Origin: a bacterium
GTDB taxonomy: Bacteria > Zhuqueibacterota > Zhuqueibacteria > Residuimicrobiales > Residuimicrobiaceae
Direction: 5' to 3'
DNA length: 37,648 nucleotides
NCBI GenBank assembly: GCA_012523655.1
Contig: JAAYTV010000002.1
Span: 1 to 37,648 of the forward strand
Every line of letters starts with the position of its first letter. Position 1 is the first letter of the stretch. The notes under the pieces were generated by a model. It saw nothing but the letters and a program-made list of their open reading frames with translations, was not told the DNA's origin and ran no database searches. Both the position numbers and the translations under genes were made by a program. Of this stretch, positions 1 through 9,006 are shown in pieces.

Positions 1-881
1 GGATTCTCCGCAGCGATGTTGTCCGCCATGCTGCATTCCGTCAGCAGCAGGAACTGCGGCGCCGAGTTCTGTTGAATGTATTTGATCATCGCCGAGGTGG
101 AGCCGGCGAAATCCGCAGCCGCGGTCACCTCCGGACGGCATTCGGGATGCGCCAGAATGACCACGTCGGGAAATTGTTTGCGGATGTCCTCGACATCTTC
201 GACGGTGAATTGATCGTGCACCTCGCATTTGCCATCCCAGCCGATCATGGCGTATTCCAAACCGGGCTCCGGCGGTTGTACACCGGCCGCGGTTTTGATT
301 GGAAACACAATGCGTTTGCCGGTCTCCCGCGCCACATTGCCGGCCAGGTAGCGGTCGGGCAAAAAGATCACTCGATCGCTCGCCAGCGACTGCACCACGC
401 GCACCGCATTGCCCGAGGTGCAGCAGATGTCGCTTTCCGCTTTGACGTCGGCGTAGGTGTTGATGTAGGTCACCACCGGCACGCCGGGATAAAGCGCTTT
501 CAGTTGACGGACGTCCTCCGCGGTGATGCTTTCCGCCAGCGAGCAGCCGGCCTCGGGCGATGGGATCAGCACGGTTTTTTCCGGATTGAGAATTTTTGCG
601 GTCTCGGCCATGAAACGGACGCCGCAGAAGACGATGAGCTCTTGGTCCGTTTTCGCCGCCTGGCGGCTCAACTCCAGCGAATCGCCTTTATAATCCGGTA
701 CGGACAAATACAGCGCCGACTCCATATAGTTGTGTCCTAAGATGACGGCGTGGCGCTCTTTTTTCAGCCGGTTGATCTCCGCCGCTAGTTCCGCTTTATG
801 CCTTATTTCTGCAACCGGGATCACATGGTGCAGACGGGAACGCAGCATTTCAAACAACGCCTCTTTATCGGTGTCCTGCAT
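1..881 (-). CDS. nadA: Quinolinate synthase NadA. The 3' end runs off the window. It is absent from the supplied ORF track because no stop codon is in view.
   Basis: Manual reverse translation from the ATG at 879-881 gives MQDTDKEALFEML..VILGHNYM..VFCGVRFMAETAKILNPEKTVLIPSPEAGCSLAESI..ICCTSGNAV..GKCEVHDQF..VILAHPECRPEV..AGSTSAMIKY..LLLTECSMADNIAAEN. These are the conserved NadA blocks, including candidate cluster cysteines. A GAGGGG tract lies just upstream. The plus-strand ORFs 72..740 and 730..954 are shadows of this gene. Confidence 0.85.
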   Translation of the reverse strand, partial: MQDTDKEALFEMLRSRLHHVIPVAEIRHKAELAAEINRLKKERHAVILGHNYMESALYLSVPDYKGDSLELSRQAAKTDQELIVFCGVRFMAETAKILNPEKTVLIPSPEAGCSLAESITAEDVRQLKALYPGVPVVTYINTYADVKAESDICCTSGNAVRVVQSLASDRVIFLPDRYLAGNVARETGKRIVFPIKTAAGVQPPEPGLEYAMIGWDGKCEVHDQFTVEDVEDIRKQFPDVVILAHPECRPEVTAAADFAGSTSAMIKYIQQNSAPQFLLLTECSMADNIAAEN

Positions 882-1031
882 AAACCCCTCTGGGTGTGGT
901 GCAAGTGAAAAAAACCTATTCGGCTTTTCCATTGACATTTTCTATTCCATCTAATTTAAAAAATAGTTATATTAAAAGTTTAAATCAAGGATGAATTGAC
1001 GGGGGCGAGTAACATTGCGCAAGGATGCAAG

Positions 1032-2096
1032 ATGAGTAAAACAGCACGTTGGTTCGTTTTGGGCTTGATTCTCCTTTTACTGGTGTTGAATAAATGGCGT
1101 CCCTGGGCCAAACCGGCGACAGCGGACCGCCGGCAGAGCAGCGGCCGCGGCAGCGAGGTGATCGAGGTGCGCGCTTATCAGGTCAAACCCGAAGATGTGG
1201 AGAATGAAATTTCAGCCACCGGATCCATCCTCGCCAATGAATCGGTGGAGCTTACCAGTGAGATCTCCGGACGGGTGACGCGGATCAATTTCCGTGAAGG
1301 AACCCGGGTGCGCAAAGGCGATCTGCTGTTGCAGATCAACGACGCGGACTTGCAGGCGCAATTCAACCGCGCCTCGGCACAGCTCAAACTGGCCCAGGAT
1401 ACTGAGGCGCGGCAGAAAAAGCAGCTGGCCATCGAGGCGATCAGCCAGGAGGAGTATGAAGCAGCGCTCAACCGGTTGAACACCGCCAAAGCGGATGTGC
1501 AGCTGATTCAGGCGCAAATTGACAAAGCCCGCATCCAGGCGCCTTTTGACGGCGTGATCGGCCTGCGCTCCGTCAGCGAGGGCGCCTATCTCAACGCCGG
1601 CAGCCGCATCGCCACCCTGGTTTCGATCAACCCGGTCAAGATCGATTTCGCCGTTCCGGAGCGGTATCAGTCGTTGTTGTCCAAAGAGCAGCCGGTGCTG
1701 TTCCGCGTGCAGGGCACGTCCGAGGAGTACAGCGGCCGCATCTATGCAGTGGAACCGCAGATCGACACCGACATCCGCAGCGTCCGTTGCCGCGCCCTTT
1801 GTCCTAACCCCGACGGCCGCATCAAACCCGGCGCATTTGCCCAGGTTCGCATCACTCTGCAAAAGCTGGAGGATGCGTTGATGATTCCCAGCGAGTCGCT
1901 GATCCCCGATGCGCAGAATCAATCGGTCTTTGTCGTCCGCGATGGCAAGGCCTTGAGCAGAACCGTGGTGATCGGATTGCGCACGGCCGACAAAGTGCAA
2001 ATCGTCAGCGGCCTTGCCGCCGGCGATACAGTGATGACCACCGGCTTGCTGCAGGTGCGGCCGGGCAGTGTCATCAAGGTGACAGAATTGAACTAG
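1032..2096 (+). CDS. Efflux RND transporter periplasmic adaptor subunit (membrane fusion protein, HlyD/AcrA family)
   Basis: Track ORF 996..2096. I prefer the ATG at 1032 (MSKTARWFVLGLILLLLVL membrane anchor), which has AAGGA at 1021-1025. It has lipoyl-like hairpin motifs (ISGRVTRINFREGTRVRKGDLLLQIN .. IQAPFDGVIG) and a coiled-coil stretch. It sits 12 nt upstream of an RND pump gene. Confidence 0.9.
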   Translation: MSKTARWFVLGLILLLLVLNKWRPWAKPATADRRQSSGRGSEVIEVRAYQVKPEDVENEISATGSILANESVELTSEISGRVTRINFREGTRVRKGDLLLQINDADLQAQFNRASAQLKLAQDTEARQKKQLAIEAISQEEYEAALNRLNTAKADVQLIQAQIDKARIQAPFDGVIGLRSVSEGAYLNAGSRIATLVSINPVKIDFAVPERYQSLLSKEQPVLFRVQGTSEEYSGRIYAVEPQIDTDIRSVRCRALCPNPDGRIKPGAFAQVRITLQKLEDALMIPSESLIPDAQNQSVFVVRDGKALSRTVVIGLRTADKVQIVSGLAAGDTVMTTGLLQVRPGSVIKVTELN

Positions 2097-2108
2097 GAGC
2101 CCATACCC

Positions 2109-5100
2109 ATGAGTCTATCTGCCACCAGCATTCGCCGGCCCGTCCTGGCCATTGTTATGTCTATTGTCATTATTTTATTCGGTTTTATCGGCTATACACG
2201 CCTGGGCGTGCGCGAGTATCCCAGCGTGGATCCACCCATTATCACGGTCGATGCCTCTTATACCGGCGCCAACGCCGACGTCATCATGTCGCAGATCACC
2301 GAACCATTGGAAGAATCTCTGAGCGGCATCGAGGGCATTCGTACGCTCTCCTCTTCAAGTCGCGAAGGCCGCAGCCGCATCACCGTGGAATTCAATCTCG
2401 AGTCCGACCTGGAGACGGCGGCCAACGACGTGCGCGACCGGGTTTCGCGCGCCATGCAGTATCTGCCGCCGAACGCGGATACGCCCATCGTCACCAAGTC
2501 GGACGCGGATGCCGTGCCGATCTGCAATCTGAGCGTTTTGAGCGATCGCCGCGATCTGATGGAGATGACCGATATCGCCACCAACAATCTGCGGGAGAAA
2601 CTGCGCACCATTCCGGGCGTCAGTGAAGTGCAGGTTTGGGGCAGCAAGATGTATTCCATGCGTCTGTGGTTCGATCCGGGAAAGCTGGCCGCCTTCAACC
2701 TGACCCTCATGGATGTCGAGTCCGCCTTGAACCGTGAGAACGTGGAACTGCCCTCCGGCCGCATCGATGGCGCGGCGACCGAGCTGACGGTGCGCACCAT
2801 GGGCCGGCTCAACACCCCTGAAGAGTACAACAATCTCATCATCAAGGAGAGCGGTCAGTCCATCGTTCGCCTCAAGGATGTGGGCTATGCTGAGTTGGGC
2901 CCGGAAAACTATCGCTCCATGACTAAACGCGATCGCATGCCCATGGTCAGCTTGGTGCTGATCCCCCAGCCCGGCGCCAACTATATCGAAATCCTTGACG
3001 AATTTTACCGGCGCATCAATCAGATGCAGCGGGATCTGCCGCCGGATATCAAACTGAGCATCGGCTTTGACAACACCAAGTACATCCGGAAATCCATTAA
3101 AGAAGTGGCGGAGACGGTGATCACCGCCTTTGTGTTGGTGGTGTTGATCATCTTCCTGTTTTTACGCGATTGGCGTACCACGGTCATTCCGGTGATCGCC
3201 ATCCCCATTTCGCTGATCGGTTCCTTTTTCATCATGTACGCGGCCGGATTCTCCATCAATGTGCTGACGCTGCTCGGCATTGTCCTGGCCATCGGCATGG
3301 TGGTGGACGATGCCATTGTGGTGCTGGAGAACATTTACGCCAAGGTCGAAAATCATCTGCCGCCCCTGCAGGCAGCGATCTCCGGTTCCAAGGAGGTCTA
3401 TTTCGCGATCATCAGCACCACGGTGACGTTGGCCGCGGTGTTTCTGCCGGTCATCTTTCTGCAGGGATTGATCGGCCGTCTGTTCCGGGAATTCGGTATC
3501 GTCCTCGCCGGTTCCATCGTTATCTCGGCGTTCGTCTCGCTGACGCTGACGCCGATGATGTCATCGCGCATTCTACGGGAAAAGGAGAAGCACAGCCGTT
3601 TTTACTCTTGGTCTGAACCGTTTTTCAAGCGCATCGTCGAGACTTACCGTCGGGCTTTGGCCGGCTTCATGCGGCATCGATCCTGGGCTTTTGTGGGCGT
3701 GGCTGTGGCCGTGCTGATCATCGTGGTGACCTGGATCGCGCTGCCCAGCGAGCTGTCGCCCTATGAAGATCGCAGCAGCATTCAGATCCGCGCCACCGGG
3801 CCGGAGGGGTTGTCGTTCGAATACATGAGCCGGTACATGGATGAGCTGGTGCGGGTGGTGGAGCAGGAGGTGCCGGAGCGAGCCTCGCTCTTCAGCATGA
3901 CCGCCATGGGTGCAGGCGCTTCCAACAGCGGTTTCGTCCGTCTGACCCTGAAGGAGCCTGAAGAACGTACCCGCAGCCAACAAGAGATCGCCGAACAGCT
4001 GGCGCCTAAGGTCAACCGCTTGACCGGAGCGCGGGCGTTTGTTGCTCAGGATCAATCCCTCAGCACCAGCCGTCGCTCCTCCCTGCCGGTGCAATATGTG
4101 ATCCAGGCGCCTGATTTCGAAAGGCTGAAGGAAGTGCTGCCCAAGTTCGTCGAGGAGGCGCGCAAAAACCCTATATTCAATTTTGTCGATACGGATCTAA
4201 AATTCAACAAGCCGGAACTTCAGGTGGTCATCAACCGGGAACGAAGCCGCACTCTGGGGGTTTCCACCCGGGACATCTCGGAGACGCTGCGGCTGGCCTA
4301 CAGCGGAGGGCGCTGGGGTTATTTCATCCGCAACGCCAAACAATATCAGATCATCGGCCAGCTCGGCCGCGGCGACCGCGATGAACCGATGGACCTGAAG
4401 ATGCTTTATGTGCGCAACAAGAACGGTGAAATGGTGCGTTTGGATAATCTGGTGGAGCTGGAGGAGCAGAGCAGTCCGCCGACCCTGTACCGTTTCAACC
4501 GCTACGTCGCTGCCACAGTATCCGCGGGACTGGTGCGAGGTAAAACCATCGGCGACGGCATCCTGGCCATGGATGAGATCGCCGACCGCGTGCTGGATGA
4601 TTCGTTCCGCACCGAACTCACGGGTCCGTCGCGCGATTTCAGCGAAAGCTCCTCCAGCGTTCTGTTTGCATTTTTCCTCGCGCTGGTGCTGATCTTTCTG
4701 ATTCTGGCGGCCCAGTTTGAGAGCTTTCGCGATCCGTTCGTCATCATGTTGACCGTGCCGTTGGCATTGGCCGGCGCGCTGCTGTCGCTCTGGTACTTTA
4801 ACCAGACCATCAACATCTTCAGCCAGATCGGATTGATCATGCTGATCGGTCTGGTGACCAAAAACGGCATTCTCATCGTCGAGTTCGCCAATCAGCGCCG
4901 CGCTCAGGGGCTTGACATTATGACCGCGATTCAGGACGCCGCGGTCTCGCGCTTCCGACCCATTGTGATGACCAGTCTATCCACGTTTCTGGGAATCCTG
5001 CCTATCGCCATGGCCCTGGGCGCCGGCAGTGAAAGCCGCATCCCCATGGGCATCGCGGTGTGCGGCGGTCTGGTGTTCTCGACTTTTCTGACGCTGTTCA

Positions 5101-5171
5101 TCATACCGGCGATTTACAGCTATCTCGCCAAGCGGCAGCGTTCGTTCGAATATCTTGAGGTCAAGGAATAG
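2109..5171 (+). CDS. Efflux RND transporter permease subunit (AcrB/HAE1-like)
   Basis: 1020 aa with a two-fold repeated 12-TM architecture and large periplasmic loops. Hallmark blocks are LAIGMVVDDAIVVLENI and GLVTKNGILIVEFAN. It lies between the MFP and TolC genes. Confidence 0.95.
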   Translation: MSLSATSIRRPVLAIVMSIVIILFGFIGYTRLGVREYPSVDPPIITVDASYTGANADVIMSQITEPLEESLSGIEGIRTLSSSSREGRSRITVEFNLESDLETAANDVRDRVSRAMQYLPPNADTPIVTKSDADAVPICNLSVLSDRRDLMEMTDIATNNLREKLRTIPGVSEVQVWGSKMYSMRLWFDPGKLAAFNLTLMDVESALNRENVELPSGRIDGAATELTVRTMGRLNTPEEYNNLIIKESGQSIVRLKDVGYAELGPENYRSMTKRDRMPMVSLVLIPQPGANYIEILDEFYRRINQMQRDLPPDIKLSIGFDNTKYIRKSIKEVAETVITAFVLVVLIIFLFLRDWRTTVIPVIAIPISLIGSFFIMYAAGFSINVLTLLGIVLAIGMVVDDAIVVLENIYAKVENHLPPLQAAISGSKEVYFAIISTTVTLAAVFLPVIFLQGLIGRLFREFGIVLAGSIVISAFVSLTLTPMMSSRILREKEKHSRFYSWSEPFFKRIVETYRRALAGFMRHRSWAFVGVAVAVLIIVVTWIALPSELSPYEDRSSIQIRATGPEGLSFEYMSRYMDELVRVVEQEVPERASLFSMTAMGAGASNSGFVRLTLKEPEERTRSQQEIAEQLAPKVNRLTGARAFVAQDQSLSTSRRSSLPVQYVIQAPDFERLKEVLPKFVEEARKNPIFNFVDTDLKFNKPELQVVINRERSRTLGVSTRDISETLRLAYSGGRWGYFIRNAKQYQIIGQLGRGDRDEPMDLKMLYVRNKNGEMVRLDNLVELEEQSSPPTLYRFNRYVAATVSAGLVRGKTIGDGILAMDEIADRVLDDSFRTELTGPSRDFSESSSSVLFAFFLALVLIFLILAAQFESFRDPFVIMLTVPLALAGALLSLWYFNQTINIFSQIGLIMLIGLVTKNGILIVEFANQRRAQGLDIMTAIQDAAVSRFRPIVMTSLSTFLGILPIAMALGAGSESRIPMGIAVCGGLVFSTFLTLFIIPAIYSYLAKRQRSFEYLEVKE

Positions 5172-5182
5172 GAAACCAGATC

Positions 5183-6502
5183 ATGAAAACAGAGCGGCTA
5201 TTTTTGATTTTTTCCCTGCTGCTGATATCGGGCGCTGTTGGCCAGGAACAGTTGACGCTGGACCAAGCCATCGCGCTGGCAATGGAGCACAATTTCGCCA
5301 TCCGCGTCGCCCGCACCGAGGCGCAGATCGGCCGCAACAATTACCATCCGGGCAACGCCGGCATGCTGCCTGAACTGGCCGCCACAGCGTCCACCACCCA
5401 CAGCGTCAGCAATTCGAAACAGACCTATGTCACCGGCAATGTCATCGACCGCACCAATGCGGTTTCGGACGCCAAGAACCTGGCGATCAATTTCAACTGG
5501 ACCCTGTTCGATGGTCTGGCTATGTTCGCCAACTTGAACAAACTGCGCGAATTTCGCGACATGGGCGAACTGGAGGCGCACCGGGCTGTGGAGACCACGC
5601 TGAACGAGGTGATTTCGGCTTACTATGATATTCTCCTGCAGAAGCAGATCCGGCAGTCTCTGGAGGAGGCGGTGACGATATCGGAGCAACGGCTGAAGAT
5701 CAGTGAGGCCAAGCATGCGATGGGTTCTGAATCCCGGTTCGATCTGCTTAACGCCCGGGTGGATTTGAACCAGGATCGTTCCAGCCTGGTGAACCAGGAG
5801 ATCAACCTGAACAATGCCAGGACCTCGCTCAACGAGTTGCTCGGCCGCGCCGGCGACCTGCATTTTGAGGTGAAGGATTCGATCACGTTTACCCGGAGGT
5901 TGACGTTGCCGGAACTGCGGGAGGGCCTGCTGCAAAACAACACCGATTTGTTGTGGGCGAGAAAGAACCAGCGGGTGGCTGAGCTCGAAGTATCAGCAGC
6001 CCGCGCCCCCATGCTTCCGCGCTTCGGCGTCAACGGCGGCTACACCATTGCCCGTTCCGAATCGCAATCCGGCCTCATGCACAGCAATAAAAGCCACGGC
6101 TATAATTACGGCGTGAACGCCAGTTATACGCTCTTTGACGGATTCACCGTCCATCGCAATTGGCAAAACGCCCGGGTGATGGAACGCAGCAATGAGCTGA
6201 GAGTGCTGGAGCTGCAAAACCAGCTGGAAGCGGAGTTAACCCGTCTGTTTCAACACTACCAGGCCAACATGGTGTTGATCGATATGGAGCAGGAGAACGT
6301 GGAGGTGGCGCGGGAAAATGTGGCTATCTCCATGGAGAAATACCGGTTGGGCAGCATCAGCGCGCTGCAGATGCGCGATATTCAGGTCAAATACCTGAAC
6401 GCCGAAAGCCGTTTGATCAGCGCCCAGTATTCAGCCAAAATCCACGAGATCGGGTTGCTCAGATTGAGTGGACAGCTGGTCCGGCCGCAGGAAAAACTGT
6501 AG
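5183..6502 (+). CDS. TolC-family outer membrane efflux protein
   Basis: 439 aa with signal peptide MKTERLFLIFSLLLISGAVG. It shows the typical OEP N-terminal block LTLDQAIALAMEHNFAIRVA and a second OEP repeat ending ..AESRLISAQYSAKIHEIGLLRLSG. It is the third gene of the RND operon. Confidence 0.9.
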   Translation: MKTERLFLIFSLLLISGAVGQEQLTLDQAIALAMEHNFAIRVARTEAQIGRNNYHPGNAGMLPELAATASTTHSVSNSKQTYVTGNVIDRTNAVSDAKNLAINFNWTLFDGLAMFANLNKLREFRDMGELEAHRAVETTLNEVISAYYDILLQKQIRQSLEEAVTISEQRLKISEAKHAMGSESRFDLLNARVDLNQDRSSLVNQEINLNNARTSLNELLGRAGDLHFEVKDSITFTRRLTLPELREGLLQNNTDLLWARKNQRVAELEVSAARAPMLPRFGVNGGYTIARSESQSGLMHSNKSHGYNYGVNASYTLFDGFTVHRNWQNARVMERSNELRVLELQNQLEAELTRLFQHYQANMVLIDMEQENVEVARENVAISMEKYRLGSISALQMRDIQVKYLNAESRLISAQYSAKIHEIGLLRLSGQLVRPQEKL

Positions 6503-6667
6503 TGTGACGCCGATGGATGGGAAGTTCCAGCTTCTTATTCAAGAGGATGAACTGTTGCCGATGATAGGATTGCTATTGTGGAAGTCAAAGCTGGAGCTTT
6601 TAGCCAAATGCGTTTCCGAGCAGGCTTGGGAACGAGAGTAAAGTGTATGGAACATGCCGAGCGCACT

Positions 6668-6694
6668 AAAAAAAAGGCGACCCAGCGGGTCGCC
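6668..6694 (-). terminator. Rho-independent terminator downstream of the TIM-barrel gene
   Basis: On the minus strand the stem GGCGACCC/GGGTCGCC (6676-6683 / 6687-6694) is followed by T8 (the A-run 6668-6675 on the plus strand). It lies 20 nt past the stop at 6714. Confidence 0.7.
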
Positions 6695-6713
6695 TGTGGA
6701 TATCAGTCTGCGG

Positions 6714-7631
6714 TCACTCGGCAATAAACTGGCGCAGATAGGCGCCGCTCTGAAAGAGCGCCATCTTGCGGCTTTGCAGCGATCCTTCAAACGCTCGGTC
6801 CTCCACCTCCACACAGATCGCTCCGTCGTATCCGCTGTCGCCCAGCACAGAGATGAACCGGCCCCAATCGACATCGCCCAACCCCGGCAGTTTCGGCGTA
6901 TGGAATTCAAGGGGACAGGCTAAAATACCCACTTGGTTCAGTCGGTGCTGATCCACACGACAATCCTTGGCGTGCACGTGAAAGATCTTTTCCCTGAACT
7001 CGCGCACCGCCGTCAGATAATCGATCTGTTGCCAGACCAGATGGGAAGGATCGAGGTTCAGGCCGAAATGATCCGAAGGAATCTCCTCGAACATGCGGCG
7101 CCAGATCGCCGGCGAATGCGCCAGGTTCTTGCCCGCCGGCCATTCGTCCTTGGTGAAAAACATCGGACAATTCTCGATCGCCACCTTGATACCGCGTTCC
7201 TCGGCAAATTTGATCAATCCGGGCCACACCTGCAGGAAACGGGGCCAATTATCGTCCACGCTGCGGGTCCAATCACGGCCGATAAAAGTGTTGATCACCT
7301 GAATCTCCAACAGTTCGGCTGCTTTGATCAACTACTGAAGATGTTGGATATAGACCGCCGCTTCCACCGGATTCGGGGACAGCGGATTGGGATAATAACC
7401 CAGCCCGCTGATGGTGATCCCGGATTTGAGCACTTTGCTGCGGATTTTCTTCGCCGACGTCTTGTCCAGATTTGCCACATCGATATGGGTCACGCCGGCA
7501 TAGCGTCGTTCCGCCTTGCCTCTGGGCCAGCACATCATTTCAACGCACGAGTAGCCGCTATCCTTGGCAAAGGACAGCACATGCTCGAAATCCAATTCCC
7601 CTAGAATGGCGCTGACAAATCCCAATTTCAT
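6714..7631 (-). pseudogene. Sugar phosphate isomerase/epimerase (xylose isomerase-like TIM barrel, AP_endonuc_2 family) interrupted by a single in-frame TAG
   Basis: ORFs 7332..7631 and 6714..7331 share one frame and are separated only by TAG (reverse complement of 7332-7334). The joined product reads ..[84 protein letters not shown]. That is one continuous ~305-aa TIM-barrel family member. The break is not at a domain boundary. Confidence 0.65.
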
Positions 7632-7670
7632 GGCAAGCTCCTTGATGATGACGCCCCTGCAGGCTGCGGC

Positions 7671-8819
7671 CTATTCCACTGTTACCCAGCTGTTCTTTTT
7701 GTTGCTTTTGGCGATGGCTTCGCAGAGGACCACTTCCCTGTGTCCGTCCAAAAACGTCGGGAAAGTGGGTTTGGCTTTAAAATCGCCCTTGGCGATATAG
7801 GCGTAGAAAGCTTTGAAGCACTGTTTAAACGTATCCGGATAGCCTTCATTGTGGCCGCCGGGATAGCTCACATAGGGACGCACCGCTTCGGAAAGGAGGC
7901 CCGGATCCTTGAGCAGCTTTTCGTTGGCTTTATCGCGATGGCCAACCCACATCTCGTTTGGCGTTTCGCTGTCCCAATAAACGGCGCTCTTACCGCCGCT
8001 GATCTCCCAGCGCAGGCAATTTTTGCGGCCGGCGCTGATCTGAGAGACGAAGAGGGTGCCTTTGGCGCCGTTGTCAAAACGCAGGAGAATGGCGCCGCCG
8101 TCTTCAGTGTTGACCGCTATGTCTTCCGTAGCCTGGATCTTTTGCACCTTGCCGGAAAAAGATTCCACCTCGCCTTTGGGCCGTTTGCGAACCGGAAAGA
8201 TGGTGAGCAGGTCGGCGCACAGGGCCACTACCCGCAGCCCGGTGATGTGTTGCACCATATCCAGCCAATGGGTGCCGATGTCTGCGATGGCGCGCAGACT
8301 GCCGCCCTCTTCAGCCAGGATGCGCCAGTTGTAATCCGTTTGATAGAGCAGCCAATCCTGCACATAACTGCCGACGATCGAATGCACTTTGCCCAGCCGG
8401 TTTTCCTGCACCATCTCGCGCGCCTCCATGCACAGCGGATAGTAGCGCAGATTATAATTCACGCAAGCAGCGAGTTTGCTTTTCTTGGCCAGGTCCACCA
8501 ACGCCGCGGTCTCGCGCGTGTTCATGGCCAGCGGTTTTTCGCACAGTACATGTTTACCGGCTTTAAGGGCGTCGCGCGCCATTTGAAAGTGCAGCCGGTT
8601 GGGCGTGGTAATATGGACGGCATGGACATTTTTATCTTTAAGCACTTCGGTGTAGCTCAAATAAGCCCGGGGCAGCCCCAGTTTCTGCGCCGCCTTGGTC
8701 GATTCGGCTTCATCCACACCAAGAATGCCTGCGACTTCGATGCCGAGGCGTCGCAGCGCTTCGGTGTGCGTCGGGCCCATAAAACCTGCACCGATGATCG
8801 CTGTACGAATAGAATGCAT
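7671..8819 (-). CDS. Gfo/Idh/MocA family NAD(P)-dependent oxidoreductase
   Basis: Track ORF 7671..8846. I prefer the ATG at 8817-8819 ([22 protein letters not shown], Rossmann GxGxxG), which has AAGGAGG 6-7 nt upstream. EKPLA motif in '[10 protein letters not shown]'. It lies 39 nt upstream of the TIM-barrel gene, a common pairing. Confidence 0.9.
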   Translation of the reverse strand: MHSIRTAIIGAGFMGPTHTEALRRLGIEVAGILGVDEAESTKAAQKLGLPRAYLSYTEVLKDKNVHAVHITTPNRLHFQMARDALKAGKHVLCEKPLAMNTRETAALVDLAKKSKLAACVNYNLRYYPLCMEAREMVQENRLGKVHSIVGSYVQDWLLYQTDYNWRILAEEGGSLRAIADIGTHWLDMVQHITGLRVVALCADLLTIFPVRKRPKGEVESFSGKVQKIQATEDIAVNTEDGGAILLRFDNGAKGTLFVSQISAGRKNCLRWEISGGKSAVYWDSETPNEMWVGHRDKANEKLLKDPGLLSEAVRPYVSYPGGHNEGYPDTFKQCFKAFYAYIAKGDFKAKPTFPTFLDGHREVVLCEAIAKSNKKNSWVTVE

Positions 8820-8911
8820 TTCCGACCTCCTTGTTAGGGTGCTCAAGAACAGAAATCAGGCGCCGGATCCCGTTAGCCCCCGGCGTGTGCATCTTCACTT
8901 CATTAAAAACA

Positions 8912-8940
8912 AATATATTAAAACGTGTCTGCATTTACAA
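8912..8940 (-). promoter_or_regulatory. Putative sigma-70-type promoter for the oxidoreductase/TIM-barrel pair
   Basis: The minus strand reads TTGTAA (8940-8935), a 17-nt spacer, then TATATT (8917-8912), about 95 nt upstream of the ATG at 8819. This is a sequence match only. Confidence 0.35.
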
Positions 8941-9006
8941 GCAAAAAAGCGGCAAGGACAAGGTCAGTAGACTGGCAGGTCTTGGCAAGCAACCGGAATG
9001 GGGGTG

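Noticed and set aside
72-954. Plus-strand track ORFs 72..740 (222 aa) and 730..954 (74 aa)
   Set aside because: They are Arg/Gly/His-rich and low-complexity. They lie entirely antisense to a clean NadA reading frame whose conserved motifs I can read on the minus strand. They are shadow ORFs.
882-995. Possible NAD+ (nadA-motif) riboswitch or attenuator upstream of nadA
   Set aside because: The leader is short. I see only a weak AU-rich hairpin (AAAGCC/GGTTTT, about 911-928) followed by Ts, not the tandem bulged-stem domains of the nadA motif. That class is, to my knowledge, confined to Acidobacteria. An Rfam scan would settle it.
6526-6595. 8-bp long-range complementarity TCCAGCTT / AAGCTGGA enclosing 54 nt downstream of the first tolC gene
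   Set aside because: The loop is too large and no T-tract follows, so it is not a terminator. A single 8-bp match in a 211-nt spacer is weak evidence for a structured RNA. It is not supported further by eye.
7332-7334. In-frame TAG as pyrrolysine or a reassigned codon
   Set aside because: TAG is the genuine stop of at least five confident genes in this window. No pyl genes or PYLIS-like context is visible. A nonsense mutation, sequence error or low-level read-through is far more likely.
7740-8837. Long antisense ORFs inside well-supported genes. Examples: 1212..2000 (-), 5198..5935 (-), 7740..8837 (+), 15060..15800 (+), 15903..16805 (+), 19955..20899 (+), 20874..21824 (+), 30292..30963 (-), 31933..32901 (-), 33334..34242 (-), 34061..34735 (-).
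   Set aside because: All have the R/G/A/D/H-rich composition typical of antisense frames in GC-rich DNA. None has an SD or a recognisable motif. Each is fully covered by a gene with strong family signatures on the other strand. There is no evidence for overlapping genes.
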